In this document: in pieces, positions 21,094 to 29,661 of the stretch
How the letters are laid out: the number at the start of each line of letters is the position of its first letter
How positions within the stretch are numbered: position 1 is the stretch's first letter
NCBI RefSeq assembly: GCF_012295525.1
Contig: NZ_CP051167.1
Span: 5,685,299-5,749,298 of the forward strand
Origin: Oxynema aestuarii AP17
GTDB lineage: Bacteria; Cyanobacteriota; Cyanobacteriia; Cyanobacteriales; Laspinemataceae
Length of the DNA stretch: 64,000 nt
Direction: 5' to 3'
Translations under genes and position numbers: made by a program
Notes under the pieces: model-generated
What the model was told of the DNA's origin: nothing
The model's input: the letters and a program-made list of their open reading frames with translations, nothing else
Database searches by the model: none

Positions 21094-22902
21094 TTAACGA
21101 ACCGAGACCACAACTCCAGCACTCTCATTGGCGAGGCGGTCTGCCGCACAGAGGGCATAAGTTCCCGGGGCTAAATTAGCGCTCGTCGTTTGGGCGTTAA
21201 AAATCTGTTTCAGTTGCCAGTTATTGCCCACCTGTTGGTAAAGCGTCCACGAACGCACCTCGTTGGAACTATCCCGATTCCAGGTCAAGTTACGACCGTT
21301 GAGGCTGACCCCCGTCGGACTTTGAGGGGGCGTAGCATCCAACCAAGGCATAGTCGGGGCCAGGGCGGGAGTCGTGTAGAGCTGGCTGCGGAAGCGATCG
21401 TTAACGCCGAGGCGATTTTCCTTAAACACCTTCATGCTAAAGAAAATATTCCCCAGAGAGAGCTTATCCGCACCCGCGCGGGAGATTTCCACCTGACGCT
21501 CGAACTCGGAAATCGGCCAAGAGCTCCCATCGAGTTTACTCAGATAATTTCCGGCGTAAATATGGCGGCGGAAGGGGTTGTGATCGCTCCACCACTGTAA
21601 TAAAACCGGATAACTTTGTTGGGGCGGATCGATGCGCCAGTACAGTTGAGGGGCGAGGTAGTCCACCCAGCCTTTTTCCAGCCACAGTTTGACATCCGCA
21701 TAAATTGCTTCGTACTGGTCCATCCCCACAATGCCGGGGGCTTTTCCGGGACGGTAAATCCCGAAGGGGCTGATCCCGAATTTCACCGAGGGTTTCTCGG
21801 TTTTGATACCTTTCCAGATGCGTTCGATGACCTGGTTGACATTTTGCCGCCGCCAGTCCGACACGGAGAGGGTTCCGCCTGCTTGTCGGTAAGCGTTATA
21901 AGTTTGCGAATCGGGGAATTGAATCCCTTCTTTGGGATAGGGATAGAAATAATCGTCGAGGTGGATACCGTCCACGTCGTAGCGGCGCACCACGTCCATA
22001 ATCACGTTGTAAACCCGGTCTTGTACGGGTTTGGCGCCGGGGTCCATCCAGATCAGATCGCCGTATTGATAGGCGTATTGCGGGTATTGGGCCGCCATGT
22101 GGTTGGGGCCGTAGGGATATTTTTCCCCGCCCATTTTGGCGCGGTAGGGGTTAAACCAGGCGTGCAGTTCGATGTTGCGTTTGTGGCTTTCGGCGATCGC
22201 AAATTCCAGAGGATCGTAATACGGGTTCGGCGCTTTCCCTTGAGTTCCCGTCAGCCAACCACTCCACGGCTCGATTTCGGAAGCGTAAAGGGCGTCCCCA
22301 TTCGGTCGGATTTGCAAGATCAAGGCGTTGAGATTGAGTTCTTGCATCCGGTCGAGGATGTTGATTAATTCCGCCTGTTGTTGGCTGACCGACAAATCGG
22401 ACCGCGAGGGCCAGTCGATATTGACCACCGAGGCGACCCAAGCCCCGCGAAACTCGTGTTGATGATTGACCCCAATTTTGGGCAGGAACTGGGCGGCGGG
22501 GGCGGGTGCGGGGGTAACGACAGGTTCCTCGGGTTGCTCCATCGGCGGGGGTGCGGGAAGAGGTACGGAAGCGGGATTCGGTCTCGCGATTTGGGTTGTG
22601 GTTTCTGTTGCCGTTTCTGGGGTAAACGGGACTGAGGCGGTCGGTTCGTAAGCGAAAGCGCGAGTGGCGCTGGTTGCGAGTAACAGCAAGCAGCCCCAAA
22701 TCGCAAATTGGGCGGCGAAACTGGGTCGTTTCCGGAAGACCGTTTGTAAGGAGTGCTGGTAAATCGACCAAAGTTGTTGGAAAAGCCGGAATATGACCCT
22801 AAATAAGCGGGTAAGTCGCATAGATTTGGAATTTTTCAAGTTCGATCGCATCAATTTCATAAACCTTGATTGAGCGGTGTACCCCATATTGAAAATCGGC
22901 AA
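21094..22902 (-). CDS. Glycoside-hydrolase-like family 10 protein (YddW/DUF187-type) with signal peptide and Pro-rich linker
   Basis: Conserved core FRGAWVASVVNIDWPS ... NALILQIRPNGDALY ... ELHAWFNPYRA typical of DUF187/GHL10. Start is uncertain; Met at ~22821 is possible. Confidence 0.75.
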   Translation of the reverse strand: MPIFNMGYTAQSRFMKLMRSNLKNSKSMRLTRLFRVIFRLFQQLWSIYQHSLQTVFRKRPSFAAQFAIWGCLLLLATSATRAFAYEPTASVPFTPETATETTTQIARPNPASVPLPAPPPMEQPEEPVVTPAPAPAAQFLPKIGVNHQHEFRGAWVASVVNIDWPSRSDLSVSQQQAELINILDRMQELNLNALILQIRPNGDALYASEIEPWSGWLTGTQGKAPNPYYDPLEFAIAESHKRNIELHAWFNPYRAKMGGEKYPYGPNHMAAQYPQYAYQYGDLIWMDPGAKPVQDRVYNVIMDVVRRYDVDGIHLDDYFYPYPKEGIQFPDSQTYNAYRQAGGTLSVSDWRRQNVNQVIERIWKGIKTEKPSVKFGISPFGIYRPGKAPGIVGMDQYEAIYADVKLWLEKGWVDYLAPQLYWRIDPPQQSYPVLLQWWSDHNPFRRHIYAGNYLSKLDGSSWPISEFERQVEISRAGADKLSLGNIFFSMKVFKENRLGVNDRFRSQLYTTPALAPTMPWLDATPPQSPTGVSLNGRNLTWNRDSSNEVRSWTLYQQVGNNWQLKQIFNAQTTSANLAPGTYALCAADRLANESAGVVVSVR

Positions 22903-23479
22903 TCGTTACATAAGTTAACCCACTTTGGGACGGGAAATATCGTTTTCGGGAAAAATCGTTTGGGAGGGAAAGGGAGTCCGAAGCGGGTGGGGAGTGGCAA
23001 GAGGGAAAATGGGGTATCGATGGAAAATACAGGCGATCGCCCTCACCATCCCGATAGTTTAAAGGGAATTTGGCAGCGAACCAAATCGGGATCGGTGGAG
23101 GATTGAATCACAAAGACGAGTCCAGTTGTTGCAGCAAGAGGGCTTCTTTGGGGGGTTTCCCGTTCGAGGATGGGGTTGCGCCGGATCGATTCAGGAGCTA
23201 AATCAAGGCCGAATCGCTTGTAGGCCGTGCTTTTCGGCGATCGCCATTCCCGCTCAAATGCCCGATGTTGCTCGAACGCCATCGATGGAGGTTGACCCGA
23301 TCTTTTGACATTTTAGCTAACTTGCGATCCGCCGATCGCCCCGGGGATTGCGATTGCGTCTTAGGGAGTGGCGATCGTGTTTTATAATGATAATTTAGAT
23401 AGTTTTGATAATAAATTCGACAGGCGATCGACAACATAATTTTAATGGCAATAGCGATCGCGATACAGGAGTTCAATCA

Positions 23480-23638
23480 ATGGCCGACCATAATACCGAC
23501 AAAAATCCCAAAGATCGAGATCCGAATCAACCTGCCAGTCAAATGACGCGCTTGAGTAATCGTACTCCACGTCCCCGCCCTGTGGGTTCCAACAACAATC
23601 AAGATGCGGAAAAAGATTTAATGGGTTATATCGACTAA
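23480..23638 (+). CDS. Small hypothetical protein (52 aa), strongly hydrophilic and probably disordered, no Cys
   Basis: SD AGGAG 8 nt upstream of ATG. A perfect palindrome (AAGTGGGCGATCGGCGATCGCCCACTT) follows the stop. There is no homology I can recognise. Confidence 0.3.
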   Translation: MADHNTDKNPKDRDPNQPASQMTRLSNRTPRPRPVGSNNNQDAEKDLMGYID

Positions 23639-23641
23639 AGT

Positions 23642-23732
23642 TTAAACGATGAAGTGGGCGATCGGCGATCGCCCACTTCTCAAATTTAATGCTTAAATCA
23701 TAGGGCGATCTTTTCATGAGGCGATCGCCCTT
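23642..23732. terminator. Two palindromic hairpins between convergent genes (small ORF on + strand, GT1 gene on - strand)
   Basis: AAGTGGGCGATC/GATCGCCCACTT and AGGGCGATC...GATCGCCCT, both seen in sequence. Flanking U-tracts are weak. Confidence 0.35.
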
Positions 23733-23734
23733 AT

Positions 23735-24742
23735 TTATCGACTTAACTTTTTTCGCAACTTATCGACTATCCCCCGTCCCCAGAGTTTCATCATTCGCCA
23801 TCGGGTCAATTCGGGAATGGTGGAACTCCACTGGTGACGACTATCAAAAAACTCGTTAATTTCTTCCAAAATTACTCGCAAGCGATTAAGAATATTATCC
23901 GTGCGGTATTCGGCGAGTAAAGATTCATCGAATAAGTTGGGATCGGGCTTTTCCAACACCCTTAAAATTCTTTGAATGTCGTAATCTGGAGAATATCCGG
24001 CAATTTTATAACTGTTAAATCCCGGATCGAGATAATCCGAAAGCCCACCATTAATGCTGGAGAAAACATAACAGCCACAGGCGATCGCCTCCAAGGGTTG
24101 CAATCCAAATCCCTCGCTGACCCCTTGTAATGCCCAATATTGAGCGGAATCGTAAAGATAAATTTTAGCGCGATTGAACAATCCCGGCAAATCTTCAATG
24201 TAGGAATTCACCACAAAAACATGACATTGTTTTTGCAAAGCTGGAACTAATCGATCGAGCAAATAATCGGAAGATTTACGCGCCTGTACTAAGACATCGA
24301 TATCGCGATCGCAGTTAAAATTTTTAAATTCATCGCCGATTTGATTGGGTAAATAATAAATTAAATTATGGGGTGCTTTTTGTCCCCAATATCCCATGGT
24401 ATTGCGGCTAACTGTAATAATAGGAATATGAGCGGGAATGTGGAAGCCATACCCGGCACTATGAGCGTGATAAATGACGGGATATCCTCGGAGGCGATCG
24501 GCCAGTTTGGCAACATCGAAGCCCCAACTCATGACAAAAATAATCTTATTTTTGATATCGGTTAAACTCGGATCTTTTAAAAGATCGTCCAAAAAAATAC
24601 GGTCTTTTTCTCGCTGTCGATAAGTAACAATTTCCGCCGGACAAATATGTTTGGCGAGATTAAAGGTTTTTAATTCTGCCCACAACCCACCGCAGGCAAA
24701 TTGACCAGTAGTTCCGGGTACTAAAAAATAGAGTTTTCTCAC
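23735..24742 (-). CDS. Glycosyltransferase family 1 (GT-B fold)
   Basis: C-terminal GT1 motif EGFGLQPLEAIACGCYVFSS. AT-rich coding sequence. GTG start. Confidence 0.7.
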   Translation of the reverse strand: MRKLYFLVPGTTGQFACGGLWAELKTFNLAKHICPAEIVTYRQREKDRIFLDDLLKDPSLTDIKNKIIFVMSWGFDVAKLADRLRGYPVIYHAHSAGYGFHIPAHIPIITVSRNTMGYWGQKAPHNLIYYLPNQIGDEFKNFNCDRDIDVLVQARKSSDYLLDRLVPALQKQCHVFVVNSYIEDLPGLFNRAKIYLYDSAQYWALQGVSEGFGLQPLEAIACGCYVFSSINGGLSDYLDPGFNSYKIAGYSPDYDIQRILRVLEKPDPNLFDESLLAEYRTDNILNRLRVILEEINEFFDSRHQWSSTIPELTRWRMMKLWGRGIVDKLRKKLSR

Positions 24743-24920
24743 AGTTTTTTACAGACTTTTTTGGGGTTAGTCCAACTAAAGTAGTTTACATTTAATTGAA
24801 TATAGCAATTCTCAGTTTGGCGAAATTCATCGCTATTTTAGTGGATTTCCGTTCCCATGGGAATGACAAATTAAGTAGATTTACTTATGATAAAAAAGGA
24901 TATAGAACCAGTTGCAATAA

Positions 24921-26270
24921 CTATATTCGCTTTGCGAAAATTACATAATCGTCAAGGGTATAGTGTGAATTATAAGCAAGGTTTAAATATTTAGTTTTTA
25001 GGGGATTAAGATAAGTTTGCAGGGGGAGATGATTGGATGCAAAATTGTAAAAATTTTTTATTTTAGTTCGGCTACCTGTTGACGTTAAATATTTATACCA
25101 TTCAAGACGAAGACCTAAATTTTCTAGAAATTCAACGATAAGTGTTTGTTCTTTTTTTATATCTTTATTTTGATTTACAATGAAATTTTGAGATTTAAAT
25201 AATTTACTTTTTTGAATAACCAACACGACTTTACCATTACTTTTTAAGCAATTTTCAATTATTTTACTATAAGCTTTATAGGATCTTTCTCTAGATTGAA
25301 GATCGCTGAAAAAACAATGGGAAATAAAAACAAAGTCAAAAAAGTCTCGTGGGAGTTTTTCTAAAAAATTTTCGTAATCGAAAATATTGGCAGTATCGAA
25401 GCGGAAATAAGTATTGGGAGGTTGAGGATGAGATTCGAGATAACGCCGCCAAAACTGGAAACCCCGATATTGTAAGTTAGCTTGAGCTTCTAAAGAATAA
25501 TAAGAAATATGAAATAGTGGATTTTGCAAAAATTGATGACTGCTTTGTAAGAATAACGCCAACCCATAAGCTACTGTACCCGGTCCGGCAGCCAGATCGA
25601 GAACATTAAAATTAGTGGGTAACAGTCCAGCTTGATAAATCAAAAACCATACTAAATAGTTACAGTAAACATTTTCTGCAAAATATTTCAGCAAATAGAC
25701 ATCAGGAGTGAAATTAAATGCGTATTCGGGATCGATTCCCTTTTTAAGCTTTTCCAGATCTTCGATCGCTTTTTGAATCTCTTCACGTTTCTTGGGAGTC
25801 GAATTTTTCTTAAATGCTTCGGTTAAAAACAAAGACAACTCATGTTCAAATCGATCGAAAACTGTTCGATCGATTCCCGTTACTTGCAATTTTGCGCGAT
25901 CGTGTTCGACCACATGAAAACTATTGGTAATAAAATCAATTAAATTAGAGTCTGGGGTTAAAAGTCCACGAGCATCCGTATTGTCAAAAAGCTGTTCGAG
26001 TTCTAAAAAATTAACCTTTTGACGAAATTCGATAACTTCTTGTTTAAGTTTTTTAATTTCTTGTTTGGCATCTTCTAACTCGGTTTCAGCTTGTTTCTTT
26101 TTGTTAAGTAATTTGGCAATTCCCGATATCGGACTCTTCTGGATCTTGAGCTTGGCTAATCGTCGTTCGGCAAGATCGAAGTTGTTATTATTGAGTGCGG
26201 TAATCACATACAGGGAATTCCACCAGTTTTTAATCAGTTCAATCATAGCCAAATCCAGAGGCGCCCTCAA
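24921..26270 (-). CDS. Hypothetical protein: N-terminal Lys/Glu-rich coiled coil plus C-terminal class I SAM-methyltransferase-like fold
   Basis: Motif I-like NVLDLAAGPGTVAYGLALFL followed by the hydrophobic and acidic blocks expected of a Rossmann-type MTase. Heptad-like KQEIKKLKQEVIEFRQK. ~35% GC. Confidence 0.5.
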   Translation of the reverse strand: MRAPLDLAMIELIKNWWNSLYVITALNNNNFDLAERRLAKLKIQKSPISGIAKLLNKKKQAETELEDAKQEIKKLKQEVIEFRQKVNFLELEQLFDNTDARGLLTPDSNLIDFITNSFHVVEHDRAKLQVTGIDRTVFDRFEHELSLFLTEAFKKNSTPKKREEIQKAIEDLEKLKKGIDPEYAFNFTPDVYLLKYFAENVYCNYLVWFLIYQAGLLPTNFNVLDLAAGPGTVAYGLALFLQSSHQFLQNPLFHISYYSLEAQANLQYRGFQFWRRYLESHPQPPNTYFRFDTANIFDYENFLEKLPRDFFDFVFISHCFFSDLQSRERSYKAYSKIIENCLKSNGKVVLVIQKSKLFKSQNFIVNQNKDIKKEQTLIVEFLENLGLRLEWYKYLTSTGSRTKIKNFYNFASNHLPLQTYLNPLKTKYLNLAYNSHYTLDDYVIFAKRI

Positions 26271-27150
26271 ATACTTCTACATCAGATAAGAGAGATTTGA
26301 GCTTTTCCTTAAAGCTGTGATAATGCATGGCCTCTTCATTATACCACCATTGATACTTGTCAATGATATCTAGCGCTTGTTGACGGGTTCCCGCAACGAG
26401 CGATCGCTCACTAAATTGGTGAAAGGGTTGAATCACCACACGATCTACTGTTTGAAGCTGATGTATGAACTGGTTTCGATCTTCTGGAAAAGTAGGCAAT
26501 AAGGGAGTAATCGTTACGGAGAAACGACTATCATATTCTTCATTGCACGGAATATTATGTTTTAAAAAACCGATCGCGCGCAGTCTAGCTTTAATACTGG
26601 GCGAACGTCCTTCAAAATCCCTTCTCACTCTTTCGCTTCCCGTTGGAATACTCATATTAATCCGAATCCGTTTAAACTTCCGGAGGAGATCGAGATCGCG
26701 AACGATCATGGGGGTACGGGTTTGAATGACTAAAGTCGGCTGGTATTTAATCATGATTTCCAACAAACTTCGCGTCAATTTCTTTTTGGTTTCAATAGGT
26801 TGGTAAGGATCGGTTACCGTACTCATATAGATACTGGGCGGGCGTTCGGGATGGTTATTTGCCCATTTTTGTAATTCTTTTTCTAAAAGAGTGGCGGCAT
26901 TTTTTTTAACCATCGCCCAATTTCCCCAATTTTCCCGCATTTTTGAATTAGGGCTAAAGGCGGCAGCATAACAGTAAGTACAACCATACTGACAGCCTTT
27001 ATAAGGATTTAAAGTAAAGTCATAAGCTTTGATAAATCCACTCGCTTTGTTGAGTATAGATTTGGCTTCTATAGATCGAATGGTTGTATTTCCTAATTTT
27101 TCTTCTTGAGGGTCATCAGAATGGGTTGAAAGATTCCGATCGTGAACCAT
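26239..27150 (-). CDS. Radical SAM protein of the spore-photoproduct-lyase (SPL/COG1533) family
   Basis: CQYGCTYC triad preceded by AYDFTLNPYKG, the typical COG1533 N-terminus. SD AGGAGG lies 5 nt before ATG 27150 and inside the 3' end of the upstream GST gene. AT-rich. Confidence 0.7.
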   Translation of the reverse strand: MVHDRNLSTHSDDPQEEKLGNTTIRSIEAKSILNKASGFIKAYDFTLNPYKGCQYGCTYCYAAAFSPNSKMRENWGNWAMVKKNAATLLEKELQKWANNHPERPPSIYMSTVTDPYQPIETKKKLTRSLLEIMIKYQPTLVIQTRTPMIVRDLDLLRKFKRIRINMSIPTGSERVRRDFEGRSPSIKARLRAIGFLKHNIPCNEEYDSRFSVTITPLLPTFPEDRNQFIHQLQTVDRVVIQPFHQFSERSLVAGTRQQALDIIDKYQWWYNEEAMHYHSFKEKLKSLLSDVEVFEGASGFGYD

Positions 27151-27153
27151 CAC

Positions 27154-28089
27154 TTATCCTCCTGTTGCAGTTCCGAAGCGATCGCGATCGTGAGGGTGGT
27201 GCAGTTGGGTGATGTCCGGTCCGGAGGGAATAATCCCGCCGGGATTGAGAGGAAATAAATTACCGTAATAGTCCCGTTTGACTTGCTCTAGATCGCAGGT
27301 CTCGGCAACCCCTGGAAGTTGATATAAATCGCGTAAATACGATCCGAGATGAAGATAATCTTGGATGCGGCGGCGATTGCATTTAAATAAGCTATAGTAG
27401 ACAATATCAAAACGGAATAAAGTTGTAAATAGACGCACGTCGGCTAAAGTGAGGCGATCGCCGCATAAATATCGCCGTTCTTCCAAAGTGCGATCGATCC
27501 GGTCGAGCATCGAAAACAGTTCCTCGCAGGCGCGATCGTAAGCGATTTGAGTTTGGGCAAAACCGCAGCGATAAACTCCATTATTCACCGCATCATAAAT
27601 CTGCTCGTTCCAGCGATCGATTTCGGTTTTTAATTCCGACGGATACAGATCTAGTTCGGGATGCTTTGCAAAGTGGTTAAATTCGGCATTGAGCATCACG
27701 ATAATTTCCGAACTTTCGTTATTGACGATCGCCCGTTTTTGCTTGTCCCATAAGACCGGAACCGTCGATCTGCCGTCGTATCCCGGTTTCGCTAACCGAT
27801 AGAGTTCGGGCAAGCTTTGGCAACCTTCCTGGGGAGTTTCAAACACCCACATGCCATCGTTAGGGGAAGGAACGACCAGACCGACAGAAATCGCATTCTC
27901 TAACCCTTTTAAAGCGCGAACGACTAGGGTTCGATGAGCCCAAGGACATCCCATTCCCACGAATAATTGATAACGTCCTTCGGCGGGAGGATGGGGATTG
28001 TCCGGTTCGGTGCCAATAGTTTTTCGGAATTGACTTTGCGGACGGATGTAAGCCCCGGATTTATCCGACGGCGCCATATTAGACATCAT
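27154..28089 (-). CDS. Xi-class glutathione S-transferase / glutathionyl-hydroquinone reductase (YqjG/ECM4-like)
   Basis: CPWAHRT active-site motif with the RYQLFVGMGCPWA context. GST C-terminal domain. Start chosen at the internal MM (28089). The ORF track extends to 28161. Confidence 0.8.
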   Translation of the reverse strand: MMSNMAPSDKSGAYIRPQSQFRKTIGTEPDNPHPPAEGRYQLFVGMGCPWAHRTLVVRALKGLENAISVGLVVPSPNDGMWVFETPQEGCQSLPELYRLAKPGYDGRSTVPVLWDKQKRAIVNNESSEIIVMLNAEFNHFAKHPELDLYPSELKTEIDRWNEQIYDAVNNGVYRCGFAQTQIAYDRACEELFSMLDRIDRTLEERRYLCGDRLTLADVRLFTTLFRFDIVYYSLFKCNRRRIQDYLHLGSYLRDLYQLPGVAETCDLEQVKRDYYGNLFPLNPGGIIPSGPDITQLHHPHDRDRFGTATGG

Positions 28090-28164
28090 GGTTTGCCAGA
28101 GGGTCGTCCAGACAAATTTTCCGAGTCGGATAATAGGGGTGGGGGGAAGGGCGAACAGCATGGG

Positions 28165-28213
28165 TTTTAGGATTTTAGAGTTTAGAGTTTAGATTTTAGA
28201 GTTTAGATAGAGA
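28165..28213. repeat. STRR-like heptanucleotide tandem repeat, (TTTAGAG/TTTAGAT)n, ~6 units
   Basis: Seen in sequence in the divergent intergenic region between the GST gene and dnaN. Confidence 0.7.
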
Positions 28214-28438
28214 GGGTAACCTTTGCGTTTTCAGGGACTGGTGTCTGGAGTGAAAGTTATCTCGATGTCCGAGCCAGGGGTAAACTAAGGATGATGCCAA
28301 CCCTGGATCTCCCGCCCGTCTTTGGCCTGCTGAGTTCTCAACGGCTGCCTTCAAAAATGGTACGATTGCCTTCCGAGCAAATTTTGCCGCGTTAGTGCTG
28401 CTCAGTTCGACCATTTCACGCCAAATCGTAATACATCT

Positions 28439-29629
28439 ATGAAATTCGTTTGCAAGCAAAGCGACCTAGGAACTAATCTGTCATTGGTGAGCCGGGCGGT
28501 ACCGTCTCGACCGACGCATCCGGTACTGGCGAACGTGCTGTTAAGTGCGGACGAAGAGAAGCAGGAAGTCAGTTTGACGGCGTTTGATTTAAGCTTGGGT
28601 ATCAAGACCACGTTTGAGGCTCAGGTGGAAACCGAAGGGACGATCGCCCTTCCGGCAAAACTCTTTAACGATATTGTATCCCGCTTGCCGGAGGGAGAAA
28701 TTTTGTTCGATGACGAAGCGAAAGACACGGCAGAAACGTCATCGGAGAGTGCGGCGATCGCCACCCTAACCTGTGCGACGGGACGCTATCAAGTCCGGGG
28801 GATGAGTGCGGATGAATTTCCGTCGTTACCGACGATTCAAGAGGGACAAAGCCTCGAAATCGCTATTGACGTTCTCATGGAAGGATTGCGCGGTTCGCTG
28901 TTCGCGACCAGTGGCGACGAAACGAAGCAAATTCTCACGGGAGTTCATGTTAAGGTTCACCCGGAAACGTTCGAGTTTGCGGCGACGGACGGCCATCGTT
29001 TGGCGGTGACGGAAACGGCGAGCCATCCGGAAGCGGAGGGGGAAGAAGAGGCGCCCAAACCGTCGGAACCGCGAGAATTTTTTGAAATGACGATTCCGGC
29101 CCGGGCGTTGCGCGAACTGGAACGGATGGCGGCGATGGGGGGTAAAGGAGAGGCGATCGCCCTGTCGTTGGATCCCGGTCAAATTGCCTTCGAGTTGTCG
29201 AACCAACGGCTGACGAGTCGCACTCTCGAAGGTCAATATCCCAATTACGGACAGTTGATTCCCCGGTCTTTCGAGCGCCAAATTACCGTAGAACGGCGTA
29301 AATTGCTCTCGGCGTTAGAACGGATCTCGATTTTGGCGGATAAAAAAAATAATATCGTCAAATTCTCGATCGATAGCGAAGGGCAGAAATTACGCTTGTC
29401 TGTGGAAGCGGCGGATGTCGGCAGTGGGGAAGAAGCTCTCGACGCTCAGATTTCTGGGGAGAGTTTGGACATTGCATTTAATGTTAAATATGCAATGGAA
29501 TCGTTAAAAAATCTCGGGTCCCAGGAAGTTCAAGTCAAATTGAATACGGCGACTTCTCCGGTCGTCCTGACGCCGTTAGGGGGAACGAAAATGACTCATT
29601 TATTAATGCCCGTACAGTTGCGCTCTTGA
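28439..29629 (+). CDS. dnaN: DNA polymerase III subunit beta (sliding clamp)
   Basis: N-terminus MKFVCKQSDLGTNLSLVSRAV...HPVLANVLL. Three-domain ~390-aa architecture. C-terminal ...VVLTPLGG...LLMPVQLR. Confidence 0.9.
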   Translation: MKFVCKQSDLGTNLSLVSRAVPSRPTHPVLANVLLSADEEKQEVSLTAFDLSLGIKTTFEAQVETEGTIALPAKLFNDIVSRLPEGEILFDDEAKDTAETSSESAAIATLTCATGRYQVRGMSADEFPSLPTIQEGQSLEIAIDVLMEGLRGSLFATSGDETKQILTGVHVKVHPETFEFAATDGHRLAVTETASHPEAEGEEEAPKPSEPREFFEMTIPARALRELERMAAMGGKGEAIALSLDPGQIAFELSNQRLTSRTLEGQYPNYGQLIPRSFERQITVERRKLLSALERISILADKKNNIVKFSIDSEGQKLRLSVEAADVGSGEEALDAQISGESLDIAFNVKYAMESLKNLGSQEVQVKLNTATSPVVLTPLGGTKMTHLLMPVQLRS

Positions 29630-29661
29630 CAGAGTGCCGCCGTGGGGGTCAGTCTTTCAGA

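Noticed and set aside
23043-23282. 79-aa ORF (MAFEQHRAFEREWRSPKST...) in the 22.9-23.5 kb intergenic region, which might be a decayed gene fragment next to the AT-rich insert
   Set aside because: No motif, RBS or partner fragments could be identified by eye, so it is left unannotated.
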